DNA of 64,000 nucleotides, from contig CBDCOX010000002.1 in assembly GCA_965219995.1 (NCBI GenBank), positions 4,608,001-4,672,000 of the forward strand. The letters run 5' to 3'. Below, piece by piece: positions 56,496 through 64,000 of the stretch. The notes below the pieces were generated by a model. It saw only the letters and a list, made by a program, of their open reading frames with translations, made no database searches and was not told where the DNA came from. How positions within the stretch are numbered: the stretch's first letter is position 1; each line of letters opens with the position of its first letter. This stretch comes from Candidatus Latescibacterota bacterium (GTDB taxonomy: Bacteria > Latescibacterota > UBA2968 > GCA-2709665). A program made the translations under genes and the position numbers.

Positions 56496-57554
56496 CTATT
56501 CCGTCACGCCCTTAGTATCCGCGTCGGCGTCCTCGGTGTCCGGAGCGTCCCGTCTCTGCTCTTCAAGCCGGCGCTTCTCTTCAACGCGTCTGTTCAGTTC
56601 AAGTATGGCGTTTCTGTATTTTGCCGTCGACTTTCTGCCATTGGCTTCCCGAAGCGCAGCGCGCGCCTGGTCGAACCGGTCCGTATACATGCAGCTCACA
56701 CCGAGATTGTAGTATGCCTTATGGACTTCGGGAGAACCGGAATAGTTCTCGGTTGCCACTTTGAAAATGTCGATTGCGGCATCCCAGTTGCCCGCCTGGA
56801 CCCTTCGGAAGCCGTGTTCCAGTTCCGGCAGTTCCTTGTCGGTTTCGAATGAGACGTGCACGCGCTCGGCATACGGCACGATCATCCTCTCGAGAGAACG
56901 CACGATGTCTGCACGGCACCTGGCGAACAGCCGTCTGCGGTCGGCATTGTCGATGCGGGCCTTGTCCAATGACTTATCCGATTTCCTGATTATCTCACGT
57001 TCGGCGAATCTCCTTGTCGCCAGAATCCGCGACGTGCTCAGGTCCACGATTCGCAGTTGGACTTCCACGTGCGCGGTCCCTTTGAATGCGTATTGCCGAC
57101 TGTCGGTTTTCTTGTTCGTCTTTTTTCCCGTCTTGTCAGCGTCTTCCCCGGTTTCCTCCTCCTCGTAGTCGTATGCCAGGATTCCGCCCGAAATGAGGAC
57201 GGTGCTACCGTTATCGTCCTTCGGACCACGACCGATCTTCAGATTCTCATAGTCCAGCAGTTCGAATCGCCCGGAATGCGCAATTGCCTGCGCCATCTCA
57301 GCGGACAATTTCCGGGCCCAGGTGTCTTTGGATTCAACACCCTGCAGAAACTTGCCGAGGTCGCCGAGTTTCGATACGAATCCGCCGCTGGAACCCTTGA
57401 TATCGCCGATTGTGATTCTGTCGTACTCACTCAGGTTGACTTCAGCCGGACGCGTCACCAGAAAGGAGATGCTCCTGCCGCCGCAGGCCGTCAACAGACC
57501 CGAGACCGTCAAGACCGACCAGAGGGTAAGATGACGCAAGGAAGTTTTCAACAT
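56496..57554 (-). CDS. Lipoprotein with a CsgG/TolB-N-like domain and C-terminal TPR
   Basis: Lipobox LTA-C; V.LRIVDLSTSRILA; TPR motif AYYNLGVS...FDQARAAL. Confidence 0.7.
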   Translation of the reverse strand: MLKTSLRHLTLWSVLTVSGLLTACGGRSISFLVTRPAEVNLSEYDRITIGDIKGSSGGFVSKLGDLGKFLQGVESKDTWARKLSAEMAQAIAHSGRFELLDYENLKIGRGPKDDNGSTVLISGGILAYDYEEEETGEDADKTGKKTNKKTDSRQYAFKGTAHVEVQLRIVDLSTSRILATRRFAEREIIRKSDKSLDKARIDNADRRRLFARCRADIVRSLERMIVPYAERVHVSFETDKELPELEHGFRRVQAGNWDAAIDIFKVATENYSGSPEVHKAYYNLGVSCMYTDRFDQARAALREANGRKSTAKYRNAILELNRRVEEKRRLEEQRRDAPDTEDADADTKGVTE

Positions 57555-57610
57555 AACACAATGCTCCGGGCGGAATGGGAATTCGCCTGCAAGAGCCGAA
57601 TCCCGTATAG

Positions 57611-58393
57611 CTACTCCTCCGTTCCAGTCAGGGCGCGGATGCGGTCGACGATTGCCTCGACTGTCTCGGTGACCACGGTAAGCAGCGCGATCCGGTCCTC
57701 CACGAAGACCTGTGCGCCTTCATATCGGTAATGTACAGCATACCGGGTCAGCCAAGTAAGACGCTCGCCGGCAGGGGTGTCATTTTCGGCGGAATGCTGC
57801 CTTACGATCGCGGCGAGGTCCGCCAGATCATGTGTGTTGACGTAGTCTGCGTCAAGCGCGGAAATCCAGCCCTTCAGGGCGTTTTCGAGTGCCTGTTGCG
57901 CGTGAAAGCCAATGGCTTCCTGAGAAGACCGGGGGTCTTCCGTGAGCACTTCCAGATCGCCGAGACAGCGCTGGGCGTTGGCAATGCGCTGCTTAATGTC
58001 GGGCCAGTTGCTCGGCGCCGGATTGTCGTAGTTTACTTTGTCACCATTGGCGTCGAAACCGTCGCGGACGGCTTGGCCCGCCACGTGGTTGCGCGCGCGG
58101 CGACCGTAATGGAAATCCACGACGCTCATTTCGACGAGGTCGACGCCGACCGAGCCGCCGTACAGTGCTCTGGCTTTTCCGTGAGCGATCGAACTGGCGC
58201 GCTGGTACGAGCCATTGTCCAGGGGATCGGAGTCCGTAACGACGAGCAGATCGACGTCCGAATCCGGGACGAAGTCGCCACGGGCTCGCGAGCCGAACAG
58301 GATCACCCGGTCCGGATGGACCGCGTTGCCAACGGCGCGGGCCACGGCGCAGGCTTTCGGATCGGGTGCGTAACGTGTCGGGAACTTTGCCAT
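57611..58393 (-). CDS. Fused minimal nucleotidyltransferase (MNT)-HEPN protein
   Basis: VILFGSRARGD...DSDVDLLVV (MNT); FHAQQALENALKG...THDLADL...LTRYAVHYRY (HEPN); likely start is ATG 58393. Confidence 0.85.
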   Translation of the reverse strand: MAKFPTRYAPDPKACAVARAVGNAVHPDRVILFGSRARGDFVPDSDVDLLVVTDSDPLDNGSYQRASSIAHGKARALYGGSVGVDLVEMSVVDFHYGRRARNHVAGQAVRDGFDANGDKVNYDNPAPSNWPDIKQRIANAQRCLGDLEVLTEDPRSSQEAIGFHAQQALENALKGWISALDADYVNTHDLADLAAIVRQHSAENDTPAGERLTWLTRYAVHYRYEGAQVFVEDRIALLTVVTETVEAIVDRIRALTGTEE

Positions 58394-58476
58394 TGTAGAC
58401 GTAACCCTTTTGCGCCGCGCGGCCGTTTTCCGTCCGTCCGCCGAGCAGCGGACAGGGACTTGACCGGGGTCTCGGC

Positions 58477-59844
58477 TTAGCCCGTCCAGGGTCCGGTAAT
58501 AGCCAGGGTGATACCCGGCGACTGGATGTTGGCGTAGAGCGTGCGGCCGTCGGGCGAGAACGTGGCGCCTGCGAACTCGGACTCGTTGAAGGCGTTGCGG
58601 CCGAGCTTGTAGAGCCGCCCCTCCGGAGTGACCCCCACCAGGTGGTTGTCCCCGCCGCCGTCCTCGCAGAGCACGAGGTCGCCCCAGGGCGCCACCGTCA
58701 GGTTGTCGCAGTTCTCCACCAGGTTGCCGTCGTTGGGCTCGATGAACAGCTCCAGGGTCCCCGGCGATTCCGTTTCTTCGGGCGTCCCCTCGCCGGGGCT
58801 CGGTTCGTAGCGCCACACCTGTCCCTTCTTCTCCTTGCCGCCGCTGGTGCATGCAAAGTAGACGGCCTCCCTGCCGTACCACATGCCCTCGCCGCGGGAG
58901 AATCGGGCGGCGCCCTTGTCGAATCCCTGGTTGCGCAGGTCATTGTTCGGGGACTCCACGTCCTCCACGTCCACCCAGGCCGCGGCCATGCGGTCCCCGG
59001 GAGCGACGGTCTGCGACTCGTGGTTGGACGTGTCCAGGCTCGGCCGGTCGAGGGCCATGAGCGCCTGCAGCCGGCCGCCTGCCGCGAGATTTCCGGGCTC
59101 GTCGGGCAGGTAGCGGTAGATGAGACCGTCGCCGGCGTCCTCGGTCTGATAGACGATGCCCGTTGCCGGATGGACGGCCACGGCCTCGTGGTTGAACCGG
59201 CCCATGGCCTTCAGGGCGACCGGCTCCACCGGCCCCGTGGCCGGACCCGCCGGGACCTCGAAGTTGTACCCGTGGTCCTGTTCGTGGTTTTCGTCGGCGC
59301 GCTGGGTCGTTTCCTCGCAGGTGATCCAGCTTCCCCATGGGGTGAGGCCGCCGGCGCAGTTGCGTACGGTGCCGGCGAGGCTGAGGTAATGCGTCTCCAG
59401 CTCACCGGCGGGGCCGAGCACGAAAGTCGTCGTCCCACCCTGCGGCGGGTCGCCGTGGCCCCAGTCGTAGAACCGCTCGCGCGGCAGCTTGTCGAGACGC
59501 TCGTTCTCATCGCCGAAAGCGCCGACCTTGCGGGCACCCGCGGAGAGTTCGTGGTTGCAGACCAGCAGGGTCCGTCCCTCCGCCCCGGGAAAGGCGGCCA
59601 TGGCGTCGGGAAGTCCCGGCACCCGCAGGCCGTCGTTCATCTCGACGCCGGTGCGGGAGATCACCCGGTAGGTGAAGCCCGGGGGCAGGTCGATGATCCC
59701 GCCAGGGTCCGGTCGCATGGGGCCGTAACCCGCGGAGATCCCCTCATCGCGGGCTTCCCCCCAGACCACGTGGTACTGCAGCCCATGGAATCCCAGGGTG
59801 ACGGCGGCCGCCGACTTCAGGAACTGCCTTCTGGAGACTGGCAT
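58477..59844 (-). CDS. phoX: PhoX (DUF839) family alkaline phosphatase, Tat-exported
   Basis: SRRQFLK Tat motif; NHE, NCAGGLTPWGSWITCEE, MGRFNHEA, RGEG, CDNL, CEDG, EFAGATFSPDG..L..NIQ.PG. Confidence 0.9.
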   Translation of the reverse strand: MPVSRRQFLKSAAAVTLGFHGLQYHVVWGEARDEGISAGYGPMRPDPGGIIDLPPGFTYRVISRTGVEMNDGLRVPGLPDAMAAFPGAEGRTLLVCNHELSAGARKVGAFGDENERLDKLPRERFYDWGHGDPPQGGTTTFVLGPAGELETHYLSLAGTVRNCAGGLTPWGSWITCEETTQRADENHEQDHGYNFEVPAGPATGPVEPVALKAMGRFNHEAVAVHPATGIVYQTEDAGDGLIYRYLPDEPGNLAAGGRLQALMALDRPSLDTSNHESQTVAPGDRMAAAWVDVEDVESPNNDLRNQGFDKGAARFSRGEGMWYGREAVYFACTSGGKEKKGQVWRYEPSPGEGTPEETESPGTLELFIEPNDGNLVENCDNLTVAPWGDLVLCEDGGGDNHLVGVTPEGRLYKLGRNAFNESEFAGATFSPDGRTLYANIQSPGITLAITGPWTG

Positions 59845-60380
59845 CTACCCCTCCGTTTCGGTCAATACGTGAATGCGGTTGACGATTGCCGTGACGGTCC
59901 CGGTCACCTCCTCGAGCAGCTCGGAGCGATCGTGAAGCAGGACTGCCGCGCCTGCATAGCGATATCTCACCGCATACTCTGTCAGCCACGCCAGCCGTTC
60001 GCCGGCGGCCGTGTCGTTTTCGGCGGGATGCCGCCGCACGGTCGCGGCCAGGTCCGCCAGATCGTGTGTATTGCCGTAGTCTGCGTTGAGCGCGGAAATC
60101 CAGCCCTTCAGCGCGTTTTCGAGTGCCTGCTGCGCGCGAAAGCCGATGGCTTCCTTCGCAGCGTTCGCCTCTACCAGAATCTTCAGAACGCTGAGTTCCC
60201 GCTCGGCATTCGCGATGCGCTGCCGTACATCGGGCCAGTTGCTCGGCTCCGGGTTGTTGTAATTTACCTTGTCTCCATTGGCGTCGAAACCGTCGCGGAC
60301 TGCCTGGCCGGCCACGTGGTTGCGCGCGCCACGGCGCAGGCTTTCGGGTCGGGTGACAGGCTTGTTGGCGTCACCGGCAT
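59845..60380 (-). pseudogene. Second MNT-HEPN paralogue with the MNT domain deleted out of frame; HEPN frame 59845-60315 intact
   Basis: MPVTPTSLSPDPKACAVARA is joined directly to sequence matching RNHVAGQAVRDG of copy 1; the HEPN part is highly similar to 57611-58090. Confidence 0.8.
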
Positions 60381-60524
60381 GGTTGATTCACCTTTGCGTG
60401 GTACGGATCATATGGCCGGAGTCGACTGGTTTCCCCCCTGGGGGCGAGGGCATCCTGCCCTCGAGGCGCCCGTTCCGGTTACGCCACATCACGGCGCAGA
60501 CGCCAACGGATTGGTTTCTGCTTC

Positions 60525-60700
60525 AGACTGACAGCTAAAGGCTGATAGCTGAAAGCTGGTTTTCTCCCCCTCTCCCCTTGGGAGAGGGGGCCGGGGGGAG
60601 AGGTCGCCAAAAACCGGTGAGACGGAAGACTTTAGACGGTAGATGAAAGCGGTGAGACGGTAGACGTTAGACGGTAGATGACGTCCTTGCCCGATTGGTT
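60525..60700. repeat. Intergenic heptamer arrays (GCTGATA-like, AGACGGT) and hairpin
   Basis: CTGACAGCTAAAGGCTGATAGCTGAAAGCTG, with a similar inverted array at about 43273-43300; inverse of the 53495-53785 elements. Confidence 0.65.
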
Positions 60701-60887
60701 TTTCCCTTATGCCTGCGGCACAAAATGAAACCGGACGCGGCGGACAATCTCTCCCCTCTTACATTTCACGTCTCCCCTCCTTCAGCTCTTTCTCTGTCTT
60801 TCCTTTGTGTCTCCCTATGGGTTGGTTTTCGCTTTTATCCTGTTCATCCTGTCCATCCATGTTGGTACAGGACTGTGAATTTAACGG

Positions 60888-61124
60888 TCAAACCCGTTTG
60901 GCGATTTCGGGCTGAATCTCTTCGTACTCGGGGAAGCGGCCTTCCTTTATCTTGGAGAAGGTGAGTTCACCGTCAATGGTGACTTCGAACTTCCCACCCC
61001 CGGAAGGAATGAGTGTGAAGCCTTGAATGTCCTGTTTGAACTCTCTGAGGAGTCTGTCCGTCAAACTGACGGTCTCGTCTTCGTAGCCTCAAGCTGCACA
61101 ATATTCGATGTCGATTCTGGGCAT
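60888..61124 (-). CDS. SelT/SelW/SelH (Rdx) family selenoprotein, 78 aa, with in-frame UGA read as Sec
   Basis: AAGGAGG RBS; MPRIDIEYCAAUGYEDETVSLTDRLLREFKQDIQGFTLIPSGGGKFEVTIDGELTFSKIKEGRFPEYEEIQPEIAKRV; CxxU, G.FEV and G.FP motifs; UGA at 61091-61089. Confidence 0.9.
61046..61078 (-). promoter_or_regulatory. Candidate bacterial SECIS hairpin
   Basis: CCGUCA-GUU-UGACGG stem-loop (61072-61058) starts 16 nt after the UGA, with G in the apical loop. Confidence 0.7.
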
Positions 61125-61197
61125 CTGGCGCCTCCTTGACGTGTGCGGATGAAATCCGGAGTCGGGTAGGATATCGAGGTGATTTCAGGACTGATTT

Positions 61198-61287
61198 AAT
61201 ATATCTCCTCCCGCCGGGATTGTCAATACGAGGGTCGCGAAAGATGTCAGGATTCCGCTTGACCGTCGCCATTGCGGGGTATAGATT
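61198..61287. promoter_or_regulatory. Divergent sigma70-like promoters
   Basis: Minus: TTGACA-17-TATATT (61226-61198); plus: TTGACC-17-TAGATT (61259-61287). Confidence 0.6.
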
Positions 61288-61331
61288 GCGTTGGCATTCG
61301 GGGCGGTTTTCGGCATGTGGAAAAGGAGTGC

Positions 61332-62846
61332 ATGATGTCTGCGCAACGGGCTTACGAAGATCTCATCGGCCGATGGAAGGAACTTCAGGTGCTGGAATCC
61401 TGCGCGGCCGTGCTCGGGTGGGATGAACGCACCTATATGCCCCGGGGGGGCGCCGCTCACCGCGCGGAACAGCACGCCCTTCTGGCCGGGATGGCGCACG
61501 AACGGGCAACCGCGCCCGGGGTGGGGGAACTGCTGGCGCGGATCGAGGCGGACGTCAACGGCTTCGAAGTGGATTCAGCGGCTGCCGTCAACGTGAGGGA
61601 AATCCGGCGGGAATACGACCGGAGGACGAAGTTGCCGCGGTCCCTGGTGGTGGCGCTTGCGAAGGCGACGACGCTCGCGGAACAGGCGTGGCAGGAGGCG
61701 CGTGAAGTCTCCGCGTTCGAGCCTTTCCGGCCGCATCTCGAGGAGGTGGTGCGGCTTACACGGGACGTGGCTGAGGCGCTCAGGGATGGAGACTCGTTGT
61801 ACGATCCTCTCCTGGACCGGTTTGAACCTGGCGAGACATCCGACAATCTCAAAAGGGTGTTCGGCGCGCTGCGAGACGAACTGGCGCCGCTCGTCGCCGC
61901 GATCGTGGAATCGGGAACAACGCCGGACGCTTCGATCCTGACCCGGGAGTATCCCGTGGAAAGGCAGGCCGCATTCGGCACGGCGGCCGCGGAGGCGATC
62001 GGCTTCGACTTCGAGCGCGGGCGCCTGGATGAAACGGTGCATCCGTTCTGCTCGGGGATCGGTCCGGGCGACACCAGGATTACGACCCGCTACGACCGCA
62101 ACCAGTTTGCGCAGGCCTTCTTCGGGACCCTTCACGAGACCGGCCACGGCCTGTACGACCAGGGTCTCGACGCCGCGCATTACGGGACGCCGATGGGCGA
62201 CGCCGTATCCCTGGGGATACACGAGTCCCAATCCAGGATGTGGGAGAATTTCGTTGGACGCAGCCGGGCGTTCTGGACGCATTTCTTCCCGCGGGCGCGG
62301 GACGTCTTTCCCGCGGCGCTGGCGGGTGTTTCGCCGGACGCGTTCTATTTTTCGGTCAATGACGTGCGGCCGTCGTTCATTCGCGTGGAGGCGGACGAGG
62401 CGACTTACAACCTTCACATTCTGCTGCGGTTCGCGCTGGAGGAGGCGCTGGTGGAGGGCGATCTTGCGGCAGCGGACGTTCCTGGCGCCTGGAACGAGCG
62501 GTTCGAGCGGGATTTCGGATTGAAGCCGCCCGACGACGCGCACGGATGCCTTCAGGACGTGCACTGGAGCGCCGGACTAATCGGATATTTCCCCACCTAT
62601 ACGCTCGGCAATCTCTATGCCGCCCAGTTATTCGAAGCGGCCCGAAGGGACCTGGGCGATCTCGAGGGGCAATTCGCCCAGGGGGAATTCGAACCGTTGC
62701 TGGGATGGCTGAGGGAAAGGATACATCGGCACGGGAATCGCTACCGGGCCCCGGAACTGGTACAGAAGGTCACGGGAAACCCGCTGGACCACCGGGCGTT
62801 GATGGCGCACCTGAAGGCGAAATTCGGACGGTTATATGGGGTCTGA
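61332..62846 (+). CDS. M32 family carboxypeptidase (Taq-type)
   Basis: LGWDE.TYMP.GG, HPF, DTRITTRY, HETGHGLYDQG, HESQSR.WEN, IRVEADE.TYNLH, GCLQDVHW..G..GYFPTYTLG; AAGGAG RBS. Confidence 0.95.
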   Translation: MMSAQRAYEDLIGRWKELQVLESCAAVLGWDERTYMPRGGAAHRAEQHALLAGMAHERATAPGVGELLARIEADVNGFEVDSAAAVNVREIRREYDRRTKLPRSLVVALAKATTLAEQAWQEAREVSAFEPFRPHLEEVVRLTRDVAEALRDGDSLYDPLLDRFEPGETSDNLKRVFGALRDELAPLVAAIVESGTTPDASILTREYPVERQAAFGTAAAEAIGFDFERGRLDETVHPFCSGIGPGDTRITTRYDRNQFAQAFFGTLHETGHGLYDQGLDAAHYGTPMGDAVSLGIHESQSRMWENFVGRSRAFWTHFFPRARDVFPAALAGVSPDAFYFSVNDVRPSFIRVEADEATYNLHILLRFALEEALVEGDLAAADVPGAWNERFERDFGLKPPDDAHGCLQDVHWSAGLIGYFPTYTLGNLYAAQLFEAARRDLGDLEGQFAQGEFEPLLGWLRERIHRHGNRYRAPELVQKVTGNPLDHRALMAHLKAKFGRLYGV

Positions 62847-63792
62847 GCCATTGACAAGGCGTCCGGTGATTCTGGACGCGGACCCCGGCGTGGACGACGC
62901 CCTGGCGATGATGCTGGCGCTGGGCTCCCCGGAATTGGAGGTGCTTGGAATATGTACCGTCTGCGGCAACGTGCCGATGGAAGTCGGAACCGGAAACGCG
63001 CTGAAGTTGCTGGCATTGCTGAGTCGCGGCGACGTGCCGGTTTACGCGGGCGCCTGCCGTCCGCTGAAAAGGATAGCCGTATACGCCACCGAGGTACACG
63101 GCAAGGGAGGATTGGGGGACGCAGTCCTGCCGTCGGCCGGCCGGCCGTCATCGGGCGACGCGGTCAGATTCATCGTTGAGACCCTCTCGGCCCGGCCCGG
63201 ACATGTGACGTTGATCGCCGTTGGGCCGCTGACCAACCTGGCGCTGGCTGAATCACGGGCCCCCGGGGTGTTGAAAAAAGCCCGGGAAGTGTGCGTGATG
63301 GGCGGTGCGGTGGACGGGCCGGGCAACGTGACGCCCGCGGCCGAGTTCAACTTCTTCGCCGATCCGGACGCCGCGCGGCAGGTGGTGCGCTCCGGCGCAA
63401 GCATTGCGCTGGCGCCGCTGGACGTGACCCATCGCGTGGCGCTGGAAGACGCGCACCTGGCAGGCATGCCGGCAACGCCCGCGGGTCGCTTTGTGAGAGA
63501 CGCGGTGAGACCGGCCATGGATCATGCGATGCGTATGCAGGGCCGGCGACGTTTTTTTCTGCACGATCCGTTGGCGGCAGGGCTGGCGATCGATCCGTCG
63601 TTTTTCAGAATCGAGACGGTGCGTGCAGACGTGGAATCAGAGGGAGATCTCACCGCGGGGGAGGTGGTTGCGGACCGGCGGTCGTTCTCCAGGGAGGAAG
63701 ACCGGATGGGACTGCCGCTGAAGTGCGCGCTGGACGTGGACGCCGGTCGGTTTCTGGCGTTTTTCCTGTCCCGGATTTTCCCGGGAGCCTAA
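62836..63792 (+). CDS. Inosine/uridine-preferring nucleoside hydrolase family
   Basis: ILDADPGVDDA, GN, VHGKGGLG, GPLTNLA, MGG..GNVTPAAEFNFFADP, LHDP. Confidence 0.92.
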   Translation: MGSEPLTRRPVILDADPGVDDALAMMLALGSPELEVLGICTVCGNVPMEVGTGNALKLLALLSRGDVPVYAGACRPLKRIAVYATEVHGKGGLGDAVLPSAGRPSSGDAVRFIVETLSARPGHVTLIAVGPLTNLALAESRAPGVLKKAREVCVMGGAVDGPGNVTPAAEFNFFADPDAARQVVRSGASIALAPLDVTHRVALEDAHLAGMPATPAGRFVRDAVRPAMDHAMRMQGRRRFFLHDPLAAGLAIDPSFFRIETVRADVESEGDLTAGEVVADRRSFSREEDRMGLPLKCALDVDAGRFLAFFLSRIFPGA

Positions 63793-63811
63793 TTTCGGAA
63801 GGTGTTCCGGC

Positions 63812-64000
63812 TTGAAAGGGATTATCATCGGCGCGGGTCGTGGCATCCGATTGATGCCGCATACGAAAGACGCGCCGAAATGTCTTGCCGAAGTGAGAGG
63901 CAGGCGGATTCTGGATTGGGGTCTCGACGCCCTGCGGGCGGCCGGGGTGCACGATATCGTGTTCATCGGCGGCTACCGCATCGAGCAGGTGCAGGCCGAA
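63812..64000 (+). CDS. NTP transferase / phosphocholine cytidylyltransferase-like, N-terminal part (runs off window)
   Basis: TTG start; MKGIIIGAGRGIRLMPHTKDAPKCLAEV.GRRILDW...GGY. Confidence 0.8.
   Translation, partial: MKGIIIGAGRGIRLMPHTKDAPKCLAEVRGRRILDWGLDALRAAGVHDIVFIGGYRIEQVQAE

Noticed and set aside
58394-58882. 163-aa N-terminal extension of the MNT-HEPN ORF
   Set aside because: It overlaps phoX in another frame, and the paralogue starts at the position equivalent to 58393
53495-60700. Inverted repeats flanking lon-phoX as an invertible or mobile segment
   Set aside because: The order of the two repeat types is not mirrored at the two ends, which fits independent dispersed repeats; no recombinase nearby
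60973-61272. 99-aa minus-strand ORF
   Set aside because: Wrong frame; the real gene is the UGA-containing Rdx ORF at 60888-61124
1-64000. tRNA or rRNA genes
   Set aside because: None recognised by eye in intergenic regions; a tRNAscan/Rfam run would be needed to exclude them

Overview
High-GC bacterial window with two parts. (1) About 0.8-28.9 kb is an accessory surface-protein island. It opens with a single-polypeptide cytoplasmic two-component regulator (GAF-PAS-HisKA-HATPase-REC-OmpR-type wHTH). Divergent from it runs a co-oriented array of large secreted proteins: a 2876-aa repetitive autotransporter, a tandem-Cache + FlgD_Ig/T9SS-like CTD protein, an M60 peptidase-WD40-dockerin-like protein, an Ig-repeat/SwmB-like protein, two more FlgD_Ig proteins, and a broken cohesin/dockerin/FN3/LRR gene. 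Three of these genes are preceded by copies of one long non-coding leader. Each leader has four TCA half-sites at offsets 0/+11/+32/+43 in front of a weak -35/TATATT promoter, and the same phased motif lies in the regulator's own upstream region. This suggests a self-contained regulator plus duplicated-promoter cassette system controlling surface display, which is my best candidate for an undescribed system. (2) About 28.9-64 kb is mostly core genome: a DUF4258/DUF2283-like pair, the lepA-lepB-hemW-thrB-SLBB-wzz-metE-like-NHL/FG-GAP-tsaC cluster, enolase-superfamily and Gfo/Idh/MocA genes, lon, phoX flanked by two MNT-HEPN paralogues, a SelW/Rdx selenoprotein missed by the ORF track, an M32 carboxypeptidase, a nucleoside hydrolase and an NTP transferase. 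Many REP-like palindromes and a 160-bp MITE are present. The gene content resembles Latescibacterota/Gemmatimonadota-like host-associated (e.g. sponge) bacteria, but that is inference only. All domain calls were made by eye from motifs; no searches were run.
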